NCBI GenBank assembly: GCA_001662655.1 | Contig: KV460212.1 | Reading direction: 5' to 3' (one strand) | From: Pseudogymnoascus verrucosus | Taxonomy: Eukaryota | Length of the DNA: 64,000 nucleotides | In this document: positions 1 to 11,797 of the stretch, one piece after another | How the letters are laid out: each line of letters begins with the position of its first letter | Position numbering within the stretch: the first letter of the stretch is position 1 | Notes under the pieces: model-generated | Database searches by the model: none | What the model was told of the DNA's origin: nothing | What the model saw: the letters and a program-made list of their open reading frames with translations, nothing else | Made by a program: the position numbers and the translations under genes

Positions 1-1
1 C

Positions 2-193
2 ACGTCGATGGAGCATGTGGAGTCCAAGGAGACAGATTGGGCGAATCGTAGACCGCTGGAGGTGTTCTGGGCGGATATTGAGCCGGTTGTTGATACGCTG
101 AGTGGGAGGCCTGAGATCCCGAGGCCGGAGCCGGATGTGAAGGGGCAGAGGGCGAAGGATATTAAGAGAGGGCTTGTGAGAGGCCCTGTATAG
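2..193 (+). CDS. 3' end of a gene starting before the window; hypothetical protein, possibly paralogous to the downstream 1240-3819 gene
   Basis: Open frame from the window edge to TAG at 191-193, with the G-rich 3' coding composition typical of genes here. TDWANRRPLEVFWADIEP resembles NDWARTRFLNFFLADVPD in the next gene. Confidence 0.5.
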   Translation, partial: TSMEHVESKETDWANRRPLEVFWADIEPVVDTLSGRPEIPRPEPDVKGQRAKDIKRGLVRGPV

Positions 194-1239
194 AGCTAGA
201 AATAGGGTTGTTTCAGTTGGGCTCAAAATTTGCACCTGTAGCACCTTTAGAATATGATGAACGAAAATATTTTTAACGGGGCTGGCTAGTTGTCGCGATA
301 TTTCAGTATATTTGGAGTTGTTCCTGGCACTCATGTCACATGTCTTGGCGCTAAAACCGCTGCATTTCAAAATACATCGCCAAAACTCCTTTGGCTTCTC
401 AACAACAACTGGACACCTGGCCATACGGCTCGGTATTGCGCAACGAATAATGACAACCAGTTTATCTCTCAGCTAAGTTCACGTGGCATGCAATCCGAAT
501 CTCTCCTCTTTGTCTTTTTTTCTTCCGTTGCCGCTCGCGTCAGCACCGTTTCTTTGTTTTTCGAAGGTGTTGGGTTGAAATCACTCGCAACCTGCTACAT
601 ACAGACTCTGCCTTTGAAGCAAAGATCTATATCGGACTGCCGTTTGCGGATTGATCTTATGGGTTACTCCTGCTTTCCAGATTGGCTTGAAGATGCAACT
701 TGGAAAGAAGAACTGTCTACAAGGCCAAGCCGCAAGAGTAACCCATGAGATCGATCCTATATACTCGCGGTTGTAGAACGACCGCGAGTATTTAGGGGTG
801 TCGATTGACTATCCTTCAAATGTCCCCAATACAATAGCATAGCTATGCTAATGCATCCCAAACCATGATACTGACTCTCTATTTCACCGCTTCCCTGTTA
901 TTTGGCTTGTGTGCTTTCAAATGTACGAATTCGGAGTCTGCACCATTGACTTGGCTTGCGGTGGGCGACAATGGCACATCTCCTTTCAAAGAGTTATCGA
1001 GTTATTTCTTTGTCAACCTTCCGGATGCGTCGATCATTCAACTCTCATATGCACTCCTACGAGTTCCTCGCAATGTTATAATGGCGTCCTGGCCCCCTTC
1101 AAAGATTTAAAGAATTGGCCACTGCAGCAAACTTTGCGATCGGCTGATTCTATTGTCCATACATACTTGACATTATTCCCAAATCTCATTCAATCGTCAA
1201 AACACTTTTTTGCAGTCGCATAGGTCGACATCTATCCCA

Positions 1240-3819
1240 ATGGCTGCCATCCCGATAAGCCCTCCTCCATATGCCGAAAAAAGCCCCAGAACACCGCGGA
1301 AATCCAATACGAATCCCCTCGGAATTCTCAACTTTGGGACCCCAGGGAATACACCGAGGAAAATAACGAAACAACGCTCTCGACATGACACTCCAGGCTC
1401 GGTGGCCAATAAGGCATACTTCAGCGCTAGTCCTGATGTCGTAAAGGAATTCTTGGTATGCCTAGCAAAAGGATGGGCCCCTGAGCACACAAGTGGAGAT
1501 AGGCACCTTTGTGGAGTGTATGCTCTGCACCAATCCTTCCGAAGCATGATGGGCGGGACCCAAGCCTTGCGGGGATTCGGATTCAAGGCCTTGAAGGATG
1601 AAATCGGTAGCGAGAGGTTCAAGACATTTCACAGAAACGCCATAAGAAGCCGGATGGAAAAGTTCGGCTTTCAAGGGGCTGATTTGGATGAAGCGGTGAA
1701 ACAAGCAATAGACCAAGCAGGTTTTGGGAACAACGACTTCTATAGTGTCGAGGAATTGTCAGAGTTTGTTCGATATATCAACAGGATGTATAACGTTCAA
1801 TATCGGCTTGGAATCGTCTCAAAGTTTGACAAGCGGATACCATCGGCTTACATTGTCGAAGGCGACGACCCCCTCAACCAGCTACATTACCGAGTTATTT
1901 GGCTCTATAATATCGATAACAATCATTGGGAAAGCTTCGGCCCAAAGTCTAGCGAGGATGGCCGGAAAGCTCGACGCAAATGGAGGCTTCTAGAAAACTT
2001 AGAGACGGTGGTGAATAACGGCCTCTATAGAGTCACGGTTGCCACGGAAGGAGTCCCGGCCGAGTATACCCTGACAACCCTTATTGACCAGTGGGTGTTT
2101 CAAGTGGCACCCCCAGAGGGCCTCGAGCCAAGAGAGGGCCTCATTTATGTCCACACCACCAAGGGCCCCAATTCGGACAGCTGGCGCGTCGTCGGCGAGT
2201 CGTCCATGGAGACGATTCGCCATCAAGAAGGATTCATACCTTTAGCCAACCTCGAAGTAGTCAACACCTACATAATTCCTCATGATCGAAGAGGGATGGT
2301 GGAGAAATCCAGGAAACCTACAAATATTTTAGACCAGCGAACGGGAAAGCGAAAGCGGACGCCACCACCCCCGGAACAGCCACCTGCCCCAGGCGGGACT
2401 TCCGGTGCCGCTCCTGGTGCTACTGGGGGATGCACTACAATCGGGGCTACCACAGAAGGTCAGGAACAGCCTGGTCAGGAGCAGCCTGGTCAGGAGCCAA
2501 TACCAACGGGGTTGCCTGGTCGCGTTACGGGCCCTCAGAACGATCTGCCGATAACCCCCGGGAATGACGGCCCAACTGTCAGAGGGCCAGTCGAAACGCC
2601 TACCTGGATTGAAGGGCCACAGGCCAAACGGGTAGAACCTCGGATCCAGCTGCCACCAACCCCCGGGAGTAATGGCATAACTTTCAGAGGGCCGCAGACC
2701 AACCAGCCAGGGGGCCTAATTATCCAGATTCCGGAGCCAGTGATTGTACAGCCAATCCCGCCGCCTGACCCGCGCCCAAAGGTAATAGGCCCCAACACGC
2801 CCCTCACAATCTCGACATTTGTCAACCGCCGAGCATTCGCCCCCCGCCCCCGCCCCGACTCGACACGCGGCCCATCCCTCGGTGCGCACCCCCGCCTCCC
2901 CCCCGGCCGCCCCAAGAGCAGAACAATGGCCGAGTTCACGGCAACGCGCAACCTGAAGAACGACTGGGCGCGTACGCGCTTCCTGAACTTCTTCCTAGCC
3001 GACGTCCCCGACACCGACGCAGACGGGAAGCGCTTCAGCCCCAATCACGACCAGCCATACCACCAGGACCAGGTCCTGCTCGCCCTCGACGAGACCTATG
3101 AGCCTGGTATCCCAGGGCCTGTGCGCGTGCGCACCTTCGATGAAGATGAGGGGTGGGCGCACTCAGCGAACTTGCGGAAAATCACGGATCCATTCGGCCT
3201 CGATCTCAATAGCGCTACCACGCAGTATAGTATGGACCCCAACGAGGCCTTCCGCGAGGACCTGTACCCGACGGCCTTCTTGAGGGGTCTATGCCAGGGC
3301 TCGCGCATCGATCCGAATGGAAGCAGACAGGAGATCATGGCGGGGCTGGCGGCGCACCGGATGGAGCTGGGGGTGCCGCTTATCTTGTACCGCCTCGTTG
3401 AGGCGGTGGGCGTCTTCTTCAAGGACGACTTGGTGCGTGTTCCCGGCGATCCGCTGGCGAATCCAGACGAGAAATTCCGGGCGTTTGGGCTGGAGCCGCA
3501 TAAGCGTGGATATGTGAGGGGACGAGATCTAGTAGCGGAGCCGAGGTCATGGGGTGCGCGGGTGAGGCCTCATGTGCATGGGTTGACTGCGCCGTTCGAT
3601 GTGAAGTGGGCGCTGCCGCCAGGGAATGTTAAGGATTTGGTGCCGCTGGGGTCGAAGTTGTCGTTGCATGGGTTGAACACGCCGCCGAGGGAGGAGAATG
3701 GTGAGGTGGAGGTTGGGGGAACGGGTTTTGCGCCTGCGGGGCCGGTGGTGCCTTCGCGACGCCCAGGGCAGGTTTATATGACAAAGGATGGAAGACCGAG
3801 TTTTTTCACTCCCGAGTGA
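1240..3819 (+). CDS. Large hypothetical protein (~860 aa): putative OTU-like cysteine protease domain, SH3-like segments, Pro-rich linker and SAP-like motif
   Basis: Uninterrupted 2.6-kb ORF (track 1210-3819; first ATG 1240, preceded by a TTTTTTGCAG acceptor-like site). Motifs: TSGDRHLCGVYAL, IWLYNIDNNHWESF, EGFIPLANLEVV, EGWAHSANLRKI, RGYVRGRDL, YPTAFLRGLCQGSRIDPNGSRQEIMAGL. Coding status is well supported; domain calls are by eye. Confidence 0.75.
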   Translation: MAAIPISPPPYAEKSPRTPRKSNTNPLGILNFGTPGNTPRKITKQRSRHDTPGSVANKAYFSASPDVVKEFLVCLAKGWAPEHTSGDRHLCGVYALHQSFRSMMGGTQALRGFGFKALKDEIGSERFKTFHRNAIRSRMEKFGFQGADLDEAVKQAIDQAGFGNNDFYSVEELSEFVRYINRMYNVQYRLGIVSKFDKRIPSAYIVEGDDPLNQLHYRVIWLYNIDNNHWESFGPKSSEDGRKARRKWRLLENLETVVNNGLYRVTVATEGVPAEYTLTTLIDQWVFQVAPPEGLEPREGLIYVHTTKGPNSDSWRVVGESSMETIRHQEGFIPLANLEVVNTYIIPHDRRGMVEKSRKPTNILDQRTGKRKRTPPPPEQPPAPGGTSGAAPGATGGCTTIGATTEGQEQPGQEQPGQEPIPTGLPGRVTGPQNDLPITPGNDGPTVRGPVETPTWIEGPQAKRVEPRIQLPPTPGSNGITFRGPQTNQPGGLIIQIPEPVIVQPIPPPDPRPKVIGPNTPLTISTFVNRRAFAPRPRPDSTRGPSLGAHPRLPPGRPKSRTMAEFTATRNLKNDWARTRFLNFFLADVPDTDADGKRFSPNHDQPYHQDQVLLALDETYEPGIPGPVRVRTFDEDEGWAHSANLRKITDPFGLDLNSATTQYSMDPNEAFREDLYPTAFLRGLCQGSRIDPNGSRQEIMAGLAAHRMELGVPLILYRLVEAVGVFFKDDLVRVPGDPLANPDEKFRAFGLEPHKRGYVRGRDLVAEPRSWGARVRPHVHGLTAPFDVKWALPPGNVKDLVPLGSKLSLHGLNTPPREENGEVEVGGTGFAPAGPVVPSRRPGQVYMTKDGRPSFFTPE
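2458..2499 (+). repeat. 15-bp coding tandem repeat (GQEQP x~3)
   Basis: ggtcaggaacagcct ggtcaggagcagcct ggtcaggagcca. Confidence 0.8.
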
Positions 3820-4190
3820 ACGGAGCGCTAGAACGATGTTATTATTTTGTTTTTGTAGTTGGTTAGATTCATAGTTATACTCGGCAATCTTTTAAATGCT
3901 AGCTTGTCCATGGGTTCGAAAGTGACACTTCGAATGGAAACATACTGACAAGAAAACATCAATGGAAAGACATCATAGGATTCTCTAGTGGAGCAATTTG
4001 AAATCGTTTCCTGAGTATTCATGATCCTCAATAAATCAACGAATCTGATTGTTAACAAACTATGCACGTTACTACGCTGCACAGTATAAATTATTTATTA
4101 ATTTGGGTATGACCACCGACGCCCCCATTTAACCGACAAGACTATATACATATATACATCATAACATTAACGAGATACGGGAACCATTCC

Positions 4191-5958
4191 CTAAACTCCC
4201 TGGTCCCACGAGGTCTTCCCCGTCGTGAGCGTGCTGCAACTACTACGGCCCTTCATTTCCAAGCTCGCAGCCCTATCAGCAGGGCTAGTTTCCGTAACCC
4301 ACGACTTCTCCACGCGGATCACGTTGTCTGCCGCCGTCAACCCGTCGCCGCCTTGGCTGTGGAGCTCGAACCTGTTACTGGTATGCCGCATTTTGCTGGC
4401 GAGCTTCACATTTATCGATTTGGCCCAGCCGGGTGTGGTGGGGGTGCGTGTTGCTTCACTCATTTCAGTGGAGGGGAACGATTTGGGGATGATCTTTACT
4501 ATCAGGGGGCGGAGGCATATGAGACTCGAGCAGATGACTGCGGTGAATGATTCGAGGATACTCCATATAACAGGGTCGACGTTGGCATCTGTCCGGAATT
4601 AGCAACACAACTACATTGGCATTGTGGGGGCGGGCAGTCAACATACAAGTCAAATCGATAGTCGTGCCATACGAGACAATATATTTGAGACGAATAATGG
4701 AAGTGATGGAAGCGCTACATTTTTCACGTCAGCAAAGATACCGCGAAGACCAGATGGAGTGTACTTACAAAGACCCAATGGCGAACATGAAGACCAAAAC
4801 CAGCCTCTTCTTCAGACTCAGTGTCAATCCATTCAACTCGTAAACTGGGAGGAACATGATAACGATGTCCTCGAAAATGCTCACTGCAGCACCCGAATAC
4901 ACGAATGCCTGCTGATCCGCGCATTTTCCAACTACCGACTGGTCCCACGAGACTGCAACGGGTATGCACTGGAAGACAACGACGCAGACGAAAATAATGG
5001 TGCGGCAAGCCATCCACACAAGTGATATGTGGATGATACGGCGAAACTGTCTGTCAGGGAAAATCCGAAGGTATAAAAAGAGAATAGAGACCTTTGCCAG
5101 GCCTTGTACAAGAAGATAGAAAATTTGGGAAATGTAGTAGAGCTATGCTGATAAGCTGGTGAATGTAAAAGGGGCGGGGGAAGAATTGTACCTTCCTAAG
5201 TATTATGACATTTTTGGGGTCAACGTCCCAGAAGTGCCTTCCGAAGCCGAGTGTAGCATCTAAAGTCATTAGTTTCAACGTGGAACTGGTATGCATCAAG
5301 GAGGGTCATACTGTAAATTGGAATAACAACCATTGGAATCATCAGGATCTGTCCAAGATCGTTAATAAAGGTATCAGTAGATTGGATTTCGGGTCTTCTT
5401 ACAGCTGCAACCACAACTGCCCAATCGTCTAACCATAATCTGTTTGATACAAGGCTCCTGGAGACAAATCTCAGGGCAATAATAGGAAAGGTTATTGCGG
5501 AGATTATGATAACGTCTCGTATAATCTCCGCACTCCGTGAAGGTTGTGGGATATCGTAGCATATTCCATTTTGGAGAATGAGTGTCGCGGCTGTATAAAT
5601 CAGCGTCAAGCCATAGTCAAGGAAAAGACTCGAAGTGAAGTGCTGGGAGTATATACCGGCTTGGTCTTCAACTTTGCATGTTTCCACAACGCAGACTGAT
5701 ACTTGTAATTGCAAGTCCTCATTCGAACAAAAGCAATTTCTAACGTCAAGCAGCTCGCACCCGGCTGCCTTTAGCGTTGTCACACTACATTTTTGCTGGG
5801 GAAGGTGTTAATAAGTTCTCAGGCCGAGTTACAAACAGATATCTTACAGCACATGGCGGCACCTTCGTGAATGCCTCTACTAATCGGTTGGTCTCGGATT
5901 CTGCGAGGGCGACATTGAGCAAAGACGCTATAGATACGAGGATGCCCAGGATGCGCAT
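4191..5958 (-). CDS. CFEM-domain PTH11-like integral membrane protein (fungal rhodopsin-domain GPCR), multi-exon
   Basis: Signal peptide MRILGILVSIASLL. Eight-Cys CFEM pattern PPCA/QKC...GCELLDVRNCFC...C...C...C across introns. PTH11 hallmarks LRFVSR, LWLDDW, GFGRHFWD, FQCIPV..SWD, SIFEDIVIMFLP, LSLKKRLVL..MFAIG. Last exon ends WDQGV*. Confidence 0.88.
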
Positions 5959-8165
5959 CTTGCAAAGCTGATGCAGACAGACACAGGTGCGACGAAAAAA
6001 GAAGGCACAGACATGGTGTTCAAATAGATTCCATAGCCTTGATAATGTATAGGCTGGCAGCTTTGCCCGCAACTGCCCCACAGCGGCCAAGAGCGGGGTG
6101 AACAGGGTGAATAGGGGTCGGGACACACTTTCTAGGACTAAATTGTTGTGAATGTCCGATCATAATCCATAGCATGTGCCGTGGCGTTGATGCCGGTACT
6201 CCACAATCCAGGAAGCGATATGTGGGGAAGGTGGAGTCCCGATCATCCTCGCTCCGTGTCTTGGAGTAGCCTGGCGGAGATCTTCTGTATATCTGGATTG
6301 GTAGACACGGGGATAATCGCACAATAATCCACAATCGAACAACGAACCGACGGGATGGCATTTAGACAGAGACATATCGGTAATTGGGTCTGTAAGCTTC
6401 GATTCGAAGTCTGGTACTCTAACGGAGAACTAAGGCTGATTATCATCAACTCAGCCAACAACTACGGTTTTCGCCTTTGATCTTTCATCATTTATCTACC
6501 TGCACACTACATCGGTTGTCGGCATGACATTACTCGTGTAGCTTTACTCTTCTCTAGCGGTTTGAACCGCGCAAAACTATTGCGGCCCCCGTTCTAGCTA
6601 ACTCATTTTTCTTAAAACCAATATACTTGGCTGCGCTGAAGACTAACACTCTGTTCCGGTGCATATGGCCCAAGTGGATGCGTACCTTGCCCTCTACTAT
6701 GGCCTAACTCGGCTGTGGCGTTGATCAGTGGATTTTTACAAAAGCAGCTGCAAAATTGATGACGCAGGGTTGGGGGGAACTCGTCGAAGGATCTCCAGGA
6801 CCTCGGTAGGGTAACGCAGGGGCACAGGGGTAGGCCAATAGTGCAGGGCAAGGCCGGGGAAGGAAAGACATGGGGAGAGACATGGGGTTGCCCTTCCCAT
6901 CACAATATTTCGCACATCATATTGACAGCGGCACAGTCAGTATACAATTCAGTAGGGGAGGTGATACTATCCGCAAATCACGATTACCCCTTTTATAGTA
7001 AAGGGCGACCGAGCACTCTACATCAACGGAACTCAAGATTCCATAGAGTAAATACAACGTCTAATTATTATGACACCATCATGACCTATGGCTTTGATAA
7101 CTAGGTTGTCGGCTCGATTCGCCTATTTCTCCCGCCCACGCTGGGTTTTTCGCTGTGTTGGTGTTGTGATGTCGGCGCTGTGTTTGTGGCTTGACACCGC
7201 TGGCTTGGCTGCTGGTACTTGTGGGGGCGGGGAACCCATTAACTGCGGGGTCTCCTCTCAAAAATGTCTACATCCGAACTTAACATGTGGAGCTGAGAAT
7301 TGCACTATGAAGACCATGAGACCGTGCTTTTCTTCTCTTACTATTATGTACACCGCAGTTATTTCGTGCTCTGTACATTATATACCGATCGACGCTCCCC
7401 TCGTCCGGCTGAGACCTGTATGGTGTTTTACTCTCCGGATGCCGTCAATAGTCTATCTGTAGCCCTGTCGACAAGCCTTCACCATGCTGTGGATCATGTT
7501 GGATCTTCTGGCCCATGTTACTCAACAAAGCCACGGTGCCGGAAGATGACTGCCCCAAGGATGCAGGACTTCCGTGGCGGGCCGGATATTCCTCCACAAC
7601 TAGCTTGCGATTGACATCGATGCCCTCAACAAACTAGGCGACTACCGACTGCCGGCCTACATGTCTTGCCCTGCCGTGGAAGCATGTCCGGAGTAAGATA
7701 CCGTGCGTCACTGAGACTACTGAGATTATCGGACGCTACTAGAAGTAATCCGAAGCTGTTGGTATTAGCCTGCCCTACTAAATAGATAGCTCCCTATTAA
7801 AGCTTGCGACGTGATGTTTACACCCTATAGTGAGGTCGAGCGTGCTCGCGACATCGAGGTGAACGGTCATTAGCCCTGGCGCAAGGAGCACTAAATATTA
7901 GCATACCGTGCTGCCGTTGGTAATGGGATTCGGGCTGTCTTAGGGTGCCGGCGCGCTCCAAGCTCACGGCACTAATGATTTGAGATCCCATCGGCACTTA
8001 ACAGGGGGTTAATCGATAATCAATTATAGACTTTGTATTCAGAACATGTCTACCCCATTCAGTGACACCTCTCCGTTACGCCTCCCGTCCATCCCCTGAA
8101 CTCCCGCTTAATCAAACAATCCAATGCCCATCATGCCCCCTCCCAGCCAATTCCTCAGACATTCC

Positions 8166-9373
8166 TCAGACATCACGCTTCACCAATGCAGGTCCAAACA
8201 GATCTTCCCCTTCCTTCTGCACCTTCTCCCTCTCCAGCTTCCGCTTCTTCGCCTTCCGCAACTCTTCCTCCCCATCCCCATCCCGCTTGGCCCTCCGCAG
8301 CCCCACCAGATCAGCCTTCTCCGGATCCCTGCACCGAGTCAGCTTCTTCGCCAGCCCCTTGAGCTCTCGCATCTCCGCCTCCCCTGGCTGCGAATCAGGC
8401 GGTACTGCAGCTAGCATATCGGCACAGGCGCGGAGAGTCTCCATCACGCGCTCGAGAAGTGGGGCAGATGGCAACTTGACTGTCATAAACCACCTTGTCA
8501 GTTCCGCATCGGCGAGGAGTAGCGATCCTAGCATGATCTGCGACGGCGTGAAATGGAAGTATGCATCTGTGAGCAGGGCGGATGTCTTAAGACGTTCGCG
8601 TGCGTTGCCGTGGGCATCACGCACCCGCGCCGCCACATCGCCCAGCTCGGGTGGTATCTCTGGATTGTCCATGCCTGGCAGTACAGGCGCCGAGCCGTTG
8701 GCAAGGGCTTGCAGCTCCATGGCTGCGCCCTCGAGGGCGCGGAAGGGATGGCGCACATCGAATGTGAAGCGCAGGGCTTGGGTGAGGAGGAACTCGGAGG
8801 CGAGGACGTCTTCGGGCGTCGTCTTGCCAATCGCGTCGGCGAATTTGGTGAGGCGGTAGTAGTGGTTCTCGGTCTTTGTGGCGAGGAAGAGGCAGGTCTT
8901 GAGGATTGCGGCGGGGGGATAGGTCATCGTGCTGTTGGTAAGGTAGAAGCGCTTCAGGTATTGGATTGCTGTTGCCTAGCGGGGTCAGTATTGGAGTGCT
9001 CAAGGGGACAGGTTGGTGGGGTTGACGGGGGTCAAAATACCTTGACGTCTGTGGGTAGGTTGAGGTGGTCGCCGAGCTGGAGAGCTTGCTGGCAGAAGAA
9101 GCGTACAAGCTTCAACTCCTCATCTGGAGTGAGGAAGTTCACCTCACTAGCCGCAGTGACAGCTGGAGTGCCACTGCGCTCAGCTTCGCTCGTCTCGGCG
9201 CTGGCATTTTGTGATGTTGACGCCGCACGACTGGCCTGAACCCGGGCAATAGCTGCTCGAACTCGCTCTGTTGCTAACTTGTTTGTCTTTGAGCGCAGAT
9301 CTGCCAATCCAGCAGGAGTATAGGACCAGTACCTGTACTGGCTAGAGGTACGGTAGCGATCATCTTCATTCAT
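8166..9373 (-). CDS. CCL1: Cyclin H (TFIIH/CAK cyclin Ccl1/Mcs2)
   Basis: MNEDDRYRTSSQYRYWSY start; FLTPDEELKLV; intron 8976-9040 joins LPTDVK to ATAIQYLKRFYLTNS; LFLATKTEN; EFLLTQALRFTFDVRHPFRAL; LLTDAYFHFTPSQI. Confidence 0.92.
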
Positions 9374-9684
9374 ATTTGCTTCCTGGCATTGTCTGGCAAA
9401 TGCTTCTGATGGAGAGAGGAATTTGGTGATGGGAGCAAGACAACGGATCAACGTTTATCCGGCGAGGCTGTGGTTTGCTGTGGAAGCTCTCGACGACTAT
9501 CATAACGAAAGCATAAATATCGTACATAGATAAATTAACATGTGACTGGTGGCATGTAGAGATGAGGTTTCAGTCCCAGTGCAAATAAAATAAAATGCAC
9601 TTTATATTCAATTTCATATCATTGGGTATTCCTAAATTTCATGTCCGATGTGACCCTCGCGGCCCACCCAAACCCCTATAAACT

Positions 9685-11104
9685 CTACGCCGATGACCCG
9701 TTATGAAGGAAGTTCCACAACCTGGCTAACAAGTTCAGAGCAAAACCAAATCCAGCGACGACCGTAAACACCTTGAACACTTCATACCAATGCGCGGGCT
9801 TCATCTCCGTCTCGATAAAGCCCTTGATGGCCACTGTAGACCCCTCGGAATCCTTCGTCTTGGACTCTAGGTCCTGGGACGCAGGGAATCGTCCTGTGCT
9901 CATATATTCCTCGAGAAACGCATCCTTCTCAATCCAGCGTTCTCGGATCCAGAGATCAAATTCCCCTGCATCATCAAGAGGAATATCGGAGAGCGCAAAT
10001 CGACGCCAATACATGTTCACGGACTTTGGTGGCCTTCCTTCGAAGTAGCTGGACCGAAGAGTGAAGTAGTCTTGGCCAAACTGCCCGCGGCTATCAAATG
10101 ATTAGCGGACGATTATTATAGGAGGTGATGACAATACTTACGCAATACCTTCATATGCCAGAGTGCAGTCGTATACATAATCAACTGTGCCTTTCAGCTC
10201 ATTCAAGCAGAAGAAAGAGCCAGTGCTTCGTGGCAACATCTGATGCTGGAGGTCTTGGAGGCCTTGCTTTGCTGCCCATTTCGCACTGTTGATTCTCCCA
10301 TTGTCGCTCAGATTAGTTCCCTCGGGGAAGAGCATGAGCCACATTGGCCTCAGAAGTTTCGTGCCGGGAATCGGTGTTTTTAGCTTTCTGAGCCTGTATG
10401 CCATCCTAGCCTTGTCCTTGGACCATTTCCGCGACATGAAGATGAAGTTGAAAAGAACCATGCCTTGTCCGAGGAGGGGGATGTACTTTATAGTCTCTTT
10501 CAAGATAATGTAAATGTGACCAGACGTCCTTGGTCTGTTAGCATATCCAATCCACCAAAGATATATCCAGTCAGAGTAGAGCTGCAATGAATTAGTAACG
10601 TCAGCTCTCGGATATATCAGTCAACGTACCTGGTGATTGGCAATCAATACTATCCTTTCGGGGAAATTGCACTCAAGCCTGCCATCTGGTAATTGATGAA
10701 GCTGGCCCCTGACGCTCTCATCACCACTTATTCTGATAACAGTTGGACTCCACCACTTCGTCATGCAAGTGATGGTAGTGCCGAAAGCCTCCTTTGCCAG
10801 AGCTATATTTTTGTAATACCACTCTCTCTTAATCCAGTATAGTGGGATTCCCACGAACTCTGAAATGACAATTCTAATGACTATCAATACAGGTAATCAC
10901 GTGCGGCTGGGGTAGGACATACGTGCAAGCGCAGGACCAGAAGTACGTCATGAAGAGGACGAATCGAATAAGCTGCTTCGGGCCTCCGTGGACGATTTCA
11001 CCAGAAGGATGGTGGTCATCTTGCGCAACTTCGGTGCTGCCTCCGCCGAGATCTGGCATTGGAGCCGGCATCTTCGGCCGGCTCTTGATACGGGAAGCGC
11101 TCAT
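9685..11104 (-). CDS. Lysophospholipid acyltransferase (PlsC family, Cst26/LCLAT1-like), multi-exon
   Basis: Catalytic NHQ-(intron)-LYSDW (HX4D), FIFMSRKW, FPEGT, LPRSTG, VYDCTLAY, and C-terminal VNMYWRRF...WIRERWIEKD acyltransferase_C segment. Confidence 0.88.
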
Positions 11105-11797
11105 GTTTTTCGGTTGCCGAAGAAGCACGTACGGCGTCTTTCACTTTGCTTGCCAGTCTAGAAGGTAGGGATGAATGAGAGACAGCTTTGCTGAAATATA
11201 TACGTGGCGGGGTGGTTTGTCCGGTGAGGCTGTAGCCTATTTTCTTTGGCCACCGCGGGATGCCCCGTTCGACCCTACCTATAGGACAGAGTTGTGGTAT
11301 GTAGTACCTTTGATCGAAAATATCAAAGGATCAAATTCTAGCCGCAGAATGTAATGCAATTATCCATGGCGAGCAATAAAGCAACGGCACAGTTGCGTCG
11401 GCGTTGTGAATATGTGCTGGCGATGTGAATCTTCGATGCCGCTGAGTAAGATGTGTGCAGACGAATGCCGAGAACTAAAAGGGAAATCATCGGCATGACG
11501 CGTGACTTGGCAACCCGAAGAACGGAACTTGTCAAATCGGATCCAGTTGATTTGTCCTTTTGTGACGCAAGGCTGCAGCCTCGGGGATGAGCACGGACCG
11601 AAGCTCAGCTAACTAGCTATACTGTACCAACTGGCATATCTCTGCAACATCCAAGAACCTTATCACCAACTCATATTAGCTTTCTAACCTCTTCCGTGCT
11701 TTACATCCCGGGATTGGTCGAGCTGAATGAGTAGCGACGATGCCTAGTGTTTGTTTACTGGAACTTATAACTCGACTAACTCAACAGTAAGCTCAAG

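Noticed and set aside
8062..9239. Long + strand ORFs (265 aa, 228 aa)
   Set aside because: Antisense shadows of the cyclin H gene; low-complexity translations with no motifs.
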